NCBI GenBank assembly: GCA_947593355.1
Contig: CANQDO010000002.1
Location: forward strand, 1 to 59,931
DNA: 59,931 bases
DNA from: an uncultured Clostridia bacterium
Lineage (GTDB): Bacteria; Bacillota; Clostridia; TANB77; CAG-508
Direction of reading: 5' to 3'
Below the pieces are notes generated by a model. The model was not told the DNA's origin. It made no database searches and saw nothing but the letters and a program-made list of their open reading frames with translations. Of this stretch, positions 48,210-57,253 are shown in pieces (the stretch's first letter is position 1; every line of letters starts with the position of its first letter). The translations under genes and the position numbers were made by a program.

Positions 48210-48584
48210 TTATGCAGCAACTAATTCTTGCATACAATATTGATTTTGTGATATTTTAGTTAAATCAATAGTATAAATAGGATAGACTGTAAAATTTACT
48301 ATACAAATTCCAACTTTTTCTTTTAGAATACCTAGTTTTTTTAACTGTGGTATTAATGTAGGTTTATATAAATAATCTACTACTATTTCATTATCTTCTA
48401 ATTTTTTTTGACTTTGTTGCAATGTTATATCTGCAAAATGAGCAGTTTCATTTGTATTCGGATCTACTCCAAATAAGCTTAACTGTAAATTTCCATTTGC
48501 ATACCTTGAAGTATGAATGAAACATCTTTTAAAAACCATTTCATACAATTCAAAATTAAAACCATTTCTCATAATAAAATACAT
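48210..48584 (-). CDS. DUF4313-like protein (first gene of the leftward operon)
   Basis: YANGNLQLSLFGVDPNTNETAHFADITL...VDYLYKPTLIPQLKKLGI fits the DUF4313 pattern. Ends in LVAA. The start could be 48584 or 48572. Confidence 0.5.
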   Translation of the reverse strand: MYFIMRNGFNFELYEMVFKRCFIHTSRYANGNLQLSLFGVDPNTNETAHFADITLQQSQKKLEDNEIVVDYLYKPTLIPQLKKLGILKEKVGICIVNFTVYPIYTIDLTKISQNQYCMQELVAA

Positions 48585-49022
48585 TCTCCTTTCTAAATTT
48601 TGTGTAAAAGATTTTTTGATAATCCTCCTTTCCTTTATTTTTGGGTAAAAAGAGAGAAAGTAATTAATTCTTTGTAGGGGGACATTTACATTGAATTTCT
48701 TACTTTCTTTTTATTTAAGGCACAATAAATAATCTATACATTTAATTGGCCTAAATCCCAATTTTTTGCTACATATAAAATATGTAGATGTACTGCTATT
48801 AACTAAAATTTAATAGCTATGCCACAAATATTTGTGGATAGTTATAGAAAATCTATAACATTATCTTTATACACACTTATATTTTATATTTTTTCGATTT
48901 TATATTCAATAAGCACATATAAAAAATTTTTTTCTTTAATTTTCAACATATTTCTTAACTTTTTTGTATAGTATTTTATTATAACTTAAAGAATTTTAAC
49001 TATATTTACATATTTTTTTATT

Positions 49023-51473
49023 CTATTGTATATCATTTCTTGATAATATTTTAGCTGGAGTTTTTCGAGTTATCTTATATAATGGTAATAATCCAACAAC
49101 TATATTAAATAAATACTCTATTAAAATTGAAATTCCAACTGTTGCTAAATTTATAACATATATTCTATCTATAAAAGGAATCATAGATACTTTGCTTAAT
49201 ATATATGACATAAGAATTATGCCTGGTATACTTGCTAATGTTGTAATTGAAATAATTTCTCCAAGAAACATTCTATATATATCTTTCCTTTTTACTCCTA
49301 TTGCCCTTAATATTCCAATTTCTTTTACTCTTGACATAAATGATGATCTTATCATTAAATAAATTTCTATTAAGGATATTGTAAGCATTATTGTTGCAAA
49401 AATTACTGCATTTATTATCTCATCTTTTTTACTATCTATATAATCTCTTTTATCTTTTTCATATCTATCTATAATATTTAAGTTATATTCATTTTTAAAT
49501 TGTGCAATTACATTTGACTTTTCTTTAGTATATATAGTAAATCCATTATTCTTTGAAATCACATTATATTTTACAGTGTTATTATTTACTAAATAATCTT
49601 GTTTATTTGTTTGACTGTCATAATATCCTACAACTACTAATTGCTTTCCGTTTATTTCCTTATCAATTATTTTATTGATTTTCATTTGTTCTGAATTACT
49701 CTTGTTTACAATTACTTCATAGTCATTTTCTGGATATCTACCTTTCGTTATAGTTATATCATCTAAATATAGTGCATAATCTTTAATATCAACTTCTGTT
49801 TCACTATCATTTGACCTATAAATTCCTATTCCAAGTTCATTCTTTTTCATATTGTTTAATATATTAACGAATAATGATTTTTTAACATATATTGAAGCAC
49901 TTAGCTTGTCTACAATACCTACTATTGTAAAGTCTTTCATTCCATCTATAGTAATCTTTCTATTTAAAAATTCCTCTTCACTTTTTATTCCCATTCCTTT
50001 AATTGATGAAAACTGTGAATTGAACATATTATCTACAACCTTCTTGTCCAAAACTACCTCATATTCATTTTGTGGGTATCTTCCTTTTACTATTTCATTC
50101 TCACTAATCTTATCAATATCTGTAAGCGAACCTGAACATTCATAAGAATATCGCGATAATTGATAATAATCGTCTATTTTCATTTTAAAACTTACATTAG
50201 TATCTCCTGGTATAATATAATCAACATTTTCTAATTGCTCATATTTTAAATAATCATCTACATTTACTTTCGCTATATCTACTTGTAGATAATTTTTATC
50301 AATTTTTATATAATCTGATTCTTTTATATTAATTATTCCTACAATATTACTTATACTATATACTATAAACATACTAGAAGCAAAAAAACCTAAAAGTAAA
50401 AATTTTTTTAATACTGTATAATTTAGTATTCTATTAAATCCATTTTTTATTGATTTTGCTATTCCATATATAGAACTATATTTTATTTTATATTTATTGT
50501 CTATAATTTCATTTATATTGTATTTATGTTGCTCATAAATGCTTTTATCTATTTTTTTATAATGTTCATTAATAAATTCTATAGGCGATTTTTCATCAAC
50601 TACTTCTACTTTTTTATTGTTTACTGATATATATATATTGTTATTTTTTAATACTATTTTTATATCAAGTTTTGAATCTCTATCATTTGAATAAACATCT
50701 ATATTAATATCTTTATCTTTTAAATTATTAATTTCTTTAAAATCCTTTAGGTATATTTTATTATCTAATCTATATTCCAAAGATTCATTAATGTTATTTT
50801 CATAATCTCTTATGATTTTTCCATCTTTTAATTCTATTATCCTTGTTGCGTAAAATTTTGCTAAACTAGTCTCATGAGTTACTAAAATTACTAATTTATC
50901 TTTTGAGATTGATTTTATAATATTCATTATTTCCAGTGAATTTTTACTATCCAAATTTCCAGTTGGCTCATCTGCTATTACAATGCTTGGATTTTTAACA
51001 ATAGCCCTCGCTATTGCTATCCTTTGCTTTTCTCCTCCAGATAACATTTTAGCTGGTCTATTTCTATATCTATACATATCTACAGCATCTAAAACGTATT
51101 TTACTCTTTTTGAAATTTCTTGCTTATTTTTTATTCCGTTTAATTTTAGACTAATTGCAACATTATCAAATACAGACATATTTTCTATTAGTTTATAATC
51201 TTGAAATATGTATCCAATATTTAAGCTTCTTATTTTATCTACAGTATATGTTCTTCTCTTTGTTATCTTTTTATTATTTATATAAATATTTCCGCTATTT
51301 ACCCTATCTAGTCCACCTATTACATTTAAAAGTGTTGTTTTTCCACTTCCTGATTCTCCTAAAATAGCAACTAATCCCTTATCTTCTAATTTTAATGAGG
51401 TATTATTAATAATATGAATTTCGTTTTTTCTTCTTCTATTAAAATATTTATTTATTTTTTCTATTTTTATCAT
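49023..51473 (-). CDS. fused ABC ATPase / FtsX-type permease (MacB-like exporter)
   Basis: Walker A GESGSGKTT, signature LSGGEKQR, Walker B IVIADEPT, and C-terminal FtsX-like TM bundle. Confidence 0.8.
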   Translation of the reverse strand: MIKIEKINKYFNRRRKNEIHIINNTSLKLEDKGLVAILGESGSGKTTLLNVIGGLDRVNSGNIYINNKKITKRRTYTVDKIRSLNIGYIFQDYKLIENMSVFDNVAISLKLNGIKNKQEISKRVKYVLDAVDMYRYRNRPAKMLSGGEKQRIAIARAIVKNPSIVIADEPTGNLDSKNSLEIMNIIKSISKDKLVILVTHETSLAKFYATRIIELKDGKIIRDYENNINESLEYRLDNKIYLKDFKEINNLKDKDINIDVYSNDRDSKLDIKIVLKNNNIYISVNNKKVEVVDEKSPIEFINEHYKKIDKSIYEQHKYNINEIIDNKYKIKYSSIYGIAKSIKNGFNRILNYTVLKKFLLLGFFASSMFIVYSISNIVGIINIKESDYIKIDKNYLQVDIAKVNVDDYLKYEQLENVDYIIPGDTNVSFKMKIDDYYQLSRYSYECSGSLTDIDKISENEIVKGRYPQNEYEVVLDKKVVDNMFNSQFSSIKGMGIKSEEEFLNRKITIDGMKDFTIVGIVDKLSASIYVKKSLFVNILNNMKKNELGIGIYRSNDSETEVDIKDYALYLDDITITKGRYPENDYEVIVNKSNSEQMKINKIIDKEINGKQLVVVGYYDSQTNKQDYLVNNNTVKYNVISKNNGFTIYTKEKSNVIAQFKNEYNLNIIDRYEKDKRDYIDSKKDEIINAVIFATIMLTISLIEIYLMIRSSFMSRVKEIGILRAIGVKRKDIYRMFLGEIISITTLASIPGIILMSYILSKVSMIPFIDRIYVINLATVGISILIEYLFNIVVGLLPLYKITRKTPAKILSRNDIQ

Positions 51474-51477
51474 ATTA

Positions 51478-53682
51478 TTACACCTCCTCATTATATGTGT
51501 TTATTGTAGTATTGTTAAATAATTTTTTTGTGAATTTTAATGATACAATTTTTGAAATTAATATTAGTAATATATATACTGCTAAATACTCTATTAATCC
51601 TAAATAATTACTTAAATTTGCAATATATACTATATTAATAAAATTCAATTTAATCACATAAATAAAGGTTAATAAGCTAACATATGCAAGAGTTGCAGTT
51701 ATAAATAGTTCTATATTTAATATAGCTTTAACATTTTTGCGCGTTGCTCCCAACATTCTTAACGTTGTATAATATATATTTCTTGATTTTAGTATTAATT
51801 TGATAACTAAATAAGAAATACCAAATAATACAATTACTAATATAATGGTCACTACTATTTTTATAATTTCCAATATTTTTTGATATATTTCAGTTTGATT
51901 TATTTTAAAATCGCTTACTTTTTTAGCTTCAATACCCATATTATTAAGTTGTATTATTGTTTCATCAATATTTTCTTCTTCTTTCACAAAAACACTAGAT
52001 TGATAAGATGGTTTATTATAAAGTGAATTATAGTCATCCATATTTATAAATATTCTATATCTAGATTCTTTATAATTGCTTAAACCTGTCATTTGTTTAA
52101 AATTCGATTCTTTATATGTATTTGATATATTTAAGTTTAGCTCTGCGTTATAATAAATATTGTTTACATATATATTTAAAGGTTGTCCTTTTATTCTGTT
52201 ATTTTTATATTGATATTTAAATTCATCATCTACTAGTGCTTTTCCTTTCTCTACTAGGTCACAAGGTTCTATTGAATATGATTGATATTTATTATTTAAT
52301 AATACTTTAACATTACTATAATTTTTATTTATCTGACTTCTTAACTCATTTAATATGCTCTCTGAAACATAAAATGTAGCATTATAATCACTTTCATCAT
52401 TATATTGAATTCCTACTATTGTTAAATTCTTTATTTCTTCATTAGTATATGAATTTATTGATTGAGATTTTAATATCGAAAAAGTTTTATTTATTACTTC
52501 ACTTTCAATCCAATTTATATCATAATGATTTTTATTTATTTTTATAATGACTTCGTCTTCATTTTGTGGCATTCTTCCTATATCAATAGATCCTCTTAAA
52601 TTATTTATATTTAGTAAGTTTCCATTAAATTTCACATTTCTACTTACTAAAGGAATATTACTGTCTAAGAAAATATCATCTTCTACTATATAATCAATAT
52701 TGGGTAAGTCCTTTATTTTTTTATAATCTTCAAGAGTAAAACTCGTTCTATCTGCTTTTTTTATTAGAACTCTATTTTCGGATAAGTCATCAAAAGCTAA
52801 ACTATATGAATAATCATCTTTTTCTTCTAACATTTGAAAACTTGCATATTCTACAAGAATAGCAGAACATATAAAAAAGAAAACTGAAAATAGTAATAAA
52901 AATTTTATTGGTATATTAAATGTATTTCTTATACCTAATCTGCATTTGTTAAATATATTTGTATTTTTATATACACTTTCCTTTATCTCTTTGTTATCAA
53001 TTACATTTTTTATTTCTATATTTTCAATTATTTTGCCATCATTCATTTTTATAATCTTAGTAGCATATTTCCTAAATTTTTCAATATTATGAGTTACAAC
53101 TACAACGAGTTTATCTTTAGCCACTTTCTTTAATACTTCTATAACATCTTTTGCAGAATTTGAATCTAAATTACCTGTTGGTTCATCGGCAACAATAATT
53201 GGTGTATCCTTTACAATTGCTCTAGCTATTGCTACTCTTTGTTTTTGACCTCCAGATAGTTTAGATACTTTTGTATTTTTAAATTCTGTAAGTCCTACTT
53301 GATTAATAGCCTCTAATATTTTATTTTTTACTCTTTTCTTTTTATAGCCATTAAGTAATAATACTAATTCTACATTTTGGTAAACAGTATAACTATTAAT
53401 TAAATTATAATTCTGAAAAATATTAGATATATATTTTTTTCTATATTCTTCGAAATCTCTTTCTACATAGTGGCTCGTTTCCTTGCCATTTATATACATT
53501 TCACCTTCTTCATAGCTATCAAGACCTGATATAACATTTAATAATGTACTTTTTCCACTTCCAGATTCTCCTGTTATTATGACAAATTCTCCTAATTTTA
53601 ACTCTAAATTTATTTTTGAAAAACCCGTAGAAATTATGCCATTATTATAATAAAATTTAGATACATTTTCTAATTTTAACAT
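51478..53682 (-). CDS. fused ABC ATPase / FtsX-type permease (MacB-like exporter), paralogue
   Basis: GESGSGKST, LSGGQKQR and IIVADEPT, plus a large extracytoplasmic domain and C-terminal TM helices. Confidence 0.8.
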   Translation of the reverse strand: MLKLENVSKFYYNNGIISTGFSKINLELKLGEFVIITGESGSGKSTLLNVISGLDSYEEGEMYINGKETSHYVERDFEEYRKKYISNIFQNYNLINSYTVYQNVELVLLLNGYKKKRVKNKILEAINQVGLTEFKNTKVSKLSGGQKQRVAIARAIVKDTPIIVADEPTGNLDSNSAKDVIEVLKKVAKDKLVVVVTHNIEKFRKYATKIIKMNDGKIIENIEIKNVIDNKEIKESVYKNTNIFNKCRLGIRNTFNIPIKFLLLFSVFFFICSAILVEYASFQMLEEKDDYSYSLAFDDLSENRVLIKKADRTSFTLEDYKKIKDLPNIDYIVEDDIFLDSNIPLVSRNVKFNGNLLNINNLRGSIDIGRMPQNEDEVIIKINKNHYDINWIESEVINKTFSILKSQSINSYTNEEIKNLTIVGIQYNDESDYNATFYVSESILNELRSQINKNYSNVKVLLNNKYQSYSIEPCDLVEKGKALVDDEFKYQYKNNRIKGQPLNIYVNNIYYNAELNLNISNTYKESNFKQMTGLSNYKESRYRIFINMDDYNSLYNKPSYQSSVFVKEEENIDETIIQLNNMGIEAKKVSDFKINQTEIYQKILEIIKIVVTIILVIVLFGISYLVIKLILKSRNIYYTTLRMLGATRKNVKAILNIELFITATLAYVSLLTFIYVIKLNFINIVYIANLSNYLGLIEYLAVYILLILISKIVSLKFTKKLFNNTTINTYNEEV

Positions 53683-53790
53683 TTTTTTCCCCTCTCAATA
53701 ATATATCTCTTATTAATGATATATCATAGAAGAATTATTATCAATGAGATATCTTCTCATTTTTTTACACTTATTTACTCTTTATTTTCT

Positions 53791-53841
53791 TTTTTTACTT
53801 TTTTCATTTTTTTTTTACTTTTTTCATTTTTTTTTTACTTT
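53791..53841. repeat. 20-bp tandem repeat (ttttttacttttttcatttt), 2.5 copies
   Basis: Two exact copies (53791..53830) plus a partial third, in the divergent intergenic region. Confidence 0.8.
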
Positions 53842-53946
53842 TAGTTTTATAATATATATATAGCTTATGTAATATGAATAGGTATTTATACTTGTTCTAT
53901 AAGCTAAAAACTATGGGAAATACTTTTTTTGTTAGGAGGCAAATTT

Positions 53947-54465
53947 ATGAAAAGGCATTTTAGTATTCTCATGGCACTCGTGATGCTTTTCAGTTGTCTG
54001 TGTGGCACAAGTGCCTTTGCGACAGAATCTGCAACTTCTGCCGAGGCTACAGTTTCTCCTCAATCAGCTGACAGCGAAATTCGCCCAATTGGTTCTTTGA
54101 GTGGTTATGGATCTCATTGGTATAATTCAGGCGAACCTGTTACTGGCAGTTTTACTGTCGAAGTTACTGGATCTTGGTGGATTGATGCACAACTTACAGT
54201 AAATATCGATAGTTTTACTGACAATACAGCCGTAACCATTATTGTATATAGACCTGATGGAACACAAGCTTGGTCTAGTATGGAAAATGGTAATAACTAT
54301 GGTTACGCTGGAGACATCACTATGGCTAATAGGGATGATTGGCATAATATTAAATTTGGTGATGGAGAAGTTGGCACATACACTGTTGAGTATTATATTC
54401 AAAATACTGATGATCTTTTGTTTAGCTATCCATCATCTGGGCGAATCAACTGTTGGATTTACTAA
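53947..54465 (+). CDS. small secreted beta-rich protein, family member 3
   Basis: aggagg RBS. Signal peptide MKRHFSILMALVMLFSCLCGTSAFA. GC-richer than its neighbours. The C-terminal pattern GTYTVEYYIQN...RINCWIY parallels members 1 and 2. Confidence 0.65.
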   Translation: MKRHFSILMALVMLFSCLCGTSAFATESATSAEATVSPQSADSEIRPIGSLSGYGSHWYNSGEPVTGSFTVEVTGSWWIDAQLTVNIDSFTDNTAVTIIVYRPDGTQAWSSMENGNNYGYAGDITMANRDDWHNIKFGDGEVGTYTVEYYIQNTDDLLFSYPSSGRINCWIY

Positions 54466-54518
54466 CTTTCATGCAACAAGCTAACTTGTAATTAGTCATT
54501 AATATTTCCCATAGTTTT

Positions 54519-54551
54519 CCGTAGACTCTGTTTTTCAGGTCTACGGTTTTT
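54519..54551 (+). terminator. rho-independent terminator
   Basis: ccgtagac / gtctacgg stem followed by ttttt. Confidence 0.7.
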
Positions 54552-54591
54552 ATTTACTATTTTTATACAAAAAAGATAGTAATCGAATTTA

Positions 54592-54930
54592 CTATCCCTT
54601 TTTCATATAACTTTTTATGGTGCAAATACACTCATAGTACATTTTTAGTTCATCTTTACTACATTTTTCTATTATATCAATTAAATTTTCTTTTACCTTC
54701 GTTTTTCTTTTTTCTCCTTTACCATATAAAATATAATCTGTATCAATACCTGTTGCACTAGAAATCATATCTAAAGAAGATAAGCTAATTAAAAATTCTC
54801 CTCGTTCTATTTGTCCAATATATCTTTCTGTTAAATCACATCTTTTAGCAAATTTTCCTCTTGTTTCATCGAAAATTTTTTCTCTTATCTTTCTAATTCT
54901 TGCCCCAATTACTATTTTATCTAATGCCAT
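54592..54930 (-). CDS. Xre-family HTH regulator
   Basis: IGARIRKIREKIFDETRGKFAKRCDLTERYIGQIERGEF is a typical HTH_3 pattern. Confidence 0.65.
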   Translation of the reverse strand: MALDKIVIGARIRKIREKIFDETRGKFAKRCDLTERYIGQIERGEFLISLSSLDMISSATGIDTDYILYGKGEKRKTKVKENLIDIIEKCSKDELKMYYECICTIKSYMKKG

Positions 54931-55369
54931 ATTGATACCTTCTCTCAATAAAGTAGTTTATATTAATATTTTACATTGTTTTGCTTAAACATTATATACT
55001 TTACAACTGTAAAAATTTGTACTTTGTCAAAGTATGTCGAATTTTGTTGAATAAGTTGTAACATACATTACACGCTTTTTAATATCTTATGCATTTAAAG
55101 ATTTTTTATACTATGCATCCAGTTTTCGACAAATTTTGCAAAAAAAATTTTGTATAATCCCTCGCAAGGGGCATAATGTTCCTGTTTAAAGTAGAACATA
55201 TCGCAAAAGAAGTATTTAAAATATACTTATGATAAATGATTTTACTTAAACAGTGTGTATTTATGCTCTTTTTTATTTATATAATTATTATAGGAAGGAG
55301 GATTTTTGTTTTTTATATGTTCCTTTTAGCAGGAATGTTAGTCCCAAATAAAATTTGGGAGGTATACAT

Positions 55370-55762
55370 ATGGAAAACAAAAAAAATTTTAAAAATGAGA
55401 GATTTGATAGTTATATTAATAAAATTATCATTTTCTCTTCTAAAGGTTTCTTCAAAAAGCAAATGAGTGTAATTAATAAAGAAAGAACTATTGTCGATGA
55501 TGAAGATTCCGCATCATTCTTAAATAAATTTCTCATGATAAATTATGCTCTTTCTTCCTTTGACGATGTTGAAAATAATTTAGAATTAAATAATGCCATA
55601 AAATCACTGACTGCTATTGAACAGTCAGTGATTTTTTTGTTGTTTAAAGAGGAATTATCACAAGAAGAAGCAGGTAGAATTTTAGAAATATGTTCTAAAT
55701 CCGTTAGTAGAATAAAATTACGAGCAATTAACAAATTAAAAAAATATTTGGAAGGAGATTAA
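55370..55762 (+). CDS. sigma-70 region-4-like regulator (Tn916 Orf7-like)
   Basis: LTAIEQSVIFLLFKEELSQEEAGRILEICSKSVSRIKLRAINKLKKYL is a region 4 HTH. Confidence 0.6.
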   Translation: MENKKNFKNERFDSYINKIIIFSSKGFFKKQMSVINKERTIVDDEDSASFLNKFLMINYALSSFDDVENNLELNNAIKSLTAIEQSVIFLLFKEELSQEEAGRILEICSKSVSRIKLRAINKLKKYLEGD

Positions 55763-55766
55763 ATAG

Positions 55767-55946
55767 ATGAAAAATAAAACTTTATATGAGTTGGGAAAAC
55801 TTGCACAAAATGGTAATCAAATGGCAATGTTAGAAATTATTGAAAGAAAGAGAAAAATGCTTAAAAGATATAGTTTTGGAGATGAAGATAGGTATCAATT
55901 TTTAGTTTTAAAACTAATCGAAGGAATAAAAAAATATAAATTTTAA
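55767..55946 (+). CDS. small helix-rich regulator (Tn916 Orf8-like position)
   Basis: 59-aa ORF, not in the supplied track. ATG 6 nt after ggagat. MKNKTLYELGKLAQNGNQMAMLEIIERKRKMLKRY... Confidence 0.4.
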   Translation: MKNKTLYELGKLAQNGNQMAMLEIIERKRKMLKRYSFGDEDRYQFLVLKLIEGIKKYKF

Positions 55947-56085
55947 AATTTATCGGTAGAAAATTTTAAATTACTTAAATGTATATATATCGAAGGGCAA
56001 ATTTTAAAGGAAGCACTATATTATAAGGACAGATGGGACAAGCTCTTATCTGTCCTCTACTAAATTATGAAAGGAGAATATAAAG

Positions 56086-56256
56086 ATGTTCTTAAAATTA
56101 TTATTGTTATTTTTTTCTCTTGCTATAGTTATATTAGTCTTTGATGTTATCATACCAAAAATCAAATTGAAATATAGACTATTTAAAGAATTAAGAATAA
56201 AGAGAAAAAGAGAAAAAGCATTTGCAAAAAGAATGAAAGAATTAGAAATTAAATAA
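56086..56256 (+). CDS. 56-aa single-TM peptide
   Basis: aaggag RBS. MFLKLLLLFFSLAIVILVFDVIIPK then a basic tail. Preferred over the antisense track ORF 56046..56276. Confidence 0.4.
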   Translation: MFLKLLLLFFSLAIVILVFDVIIPKIKLKYRLFKELRIKRKREKAFAKRMKELEIK

Positions 56257-56318
56257 ATTTCTAATAGTCTTGTCATTTCTGAAAAGTGTCGACAAATAAT
56301 TAACTAAAAGGTGATTAG

Positions 56319-56747
56319 ATGAATATGTCAAAAGAAAATATAATTAATTTATTTTACAATGAACATTTAAAAGTAAAAGAAATAGCAGAAAAAATACATA
56401 CTTCATCAGCATATATAACAAAAATTGTAAAACAAGATACTAGATATTTACAAGAAAAGAATTTAAGACAAGCAGTATCAAAAGACAAAAGGAAGAAAGA
56501 CCAAAATAAATTTATAAAAGAAAAAAGAGAATTAAAAAGAATTGATGATAATTACTCTTTTGTACAAGCTCAACATTTTCAAGCAAGTAAGGAATTATCA
56601 AAATCAAATAGATTATCTAATGAAAATTATAGAAAATGGAATTATAGTGCTTATAATTATAACCCTTTTAAAAAAAGATATGAATTTGATTCAAATCTTG
56701 GTCGTTCTTATGATGTACCTAAATATATAAAAGAGAGGTGTAATTAA
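56319..56747 (+). CDS. hypothetical DNA-binding protein (N-terminal HTH-like)
   Basis: LKVKEIAEKIHTSSAYITKIVK is HTH-like, followed by a basic middle region. Confidence 0.4.
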   Translation: MNMSKENIINLFYNEHLKVKEIAEKIHTSSAYITKIVKQDTRYLQEKNLRQAVSKDKRKKDQNKFIKEKRELKRIDDNYSFVQAQHFQASKELSKSNRLSNENYRKWNYSAYNYNPFKKRYEFDSNLGRSYDVPKYIKERCN

Positions 56748-56965
56748 TGAATAAAAAAGAAGCTATTGCTTATGCTCAAGTTACTTTAAATTTTATGCAA
56801 AGTTCTAAATATAATTGTAATATTTCTCCTAAAACATTTGCTATTGAAATGAAACAATGTTTTAAATTGTATCCTCGTAATATTATAGTTGGAATTGCTG
56901 AAGCTCAATGCTTTGCTAAAGACTACTCACAAAATATAAAAAATGGAAGTGATACTAATGAGTGA
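56747..56965 (+). CDS. hypothetical small protein
   Basis: 72-aa ORF whose start overlaps the upstream stop. Confidence 0.35.
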   Translation: MNKKEAIAYAQVTLNFMQSSKYNCNISPKTFAIEMKQCFKLYPRNIIVGIAEAQCFAKDYSQNIKNGSDTNE

Positions 56966-57149
56966 ACTAGAAAAAATGGGATTAAATATTAGTGAAGCAG
57001 CATCTTTGATGGGAATTAGTAAAAATTTAATGGCTGAATTGGTAAAATACCCTGATTTTCCATGCATCAAATTTAAAAGGAGAATTGTAATAAATAAAAA
57101 AATGTTGCAAGAATGGTTTGACCAAAATTCAGGTAGATTTTTTGTATAA
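56958..57149 (+). CDS. xis: excisionase-family HTH protein
   Basis: LNISEAASLMGISKNLMAELVKYPDFPCIKFKRRIVINKKMLQEWF is the MerR-like excisionase pattern. Lies directly upstream of int. Confidence 0.7.
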   Translation: MSELEKMGLNISEAASLMGISKNLMAELVKYPDFPCIKFKRRIVINKKMLQEWFDQNSGRFFV

Positions 57150-57253
57150 TATTGTACTTTAGAAAAAATTATTTTATAATGAGAATATCAGATGCTAATT
57201 TTTTATGTTTTCCATATATATATGATGTTCTCTTTTTTTGGAGGTGAACACAA

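Noticed and set aside
53761-53850. The T-rich tandem repeat considered as a possible CRISPR or minisatellite array.
   Set aside because: There are only 2.5 contiguous copies of a 20-mer, with no spacers and no cas genes anywhere in the window.
16515-54484. Short ORFs nested inside ICE genes. Examples: 16515..16697, 17439..17729, 20101..20304, 21258..21716, 25478..25822, 29068..29385, 32665..33012, 34397..34669, 45195..45971, 46464..46796, 49852..51367, 54127..54484.
   Set aside because: For the same reasons as above: antisense or out-of-frame shadows of longer conserved ORFs, with no independent start signals.
56046-56276. The minus-strand 76-aa track ORF.
   Set aside because: It has no RBS and is low-complexity. 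The plus strand carries a better candidate (56086..56256) with an aaggag RBS and a clean TM-plus-basic-tail peptide.
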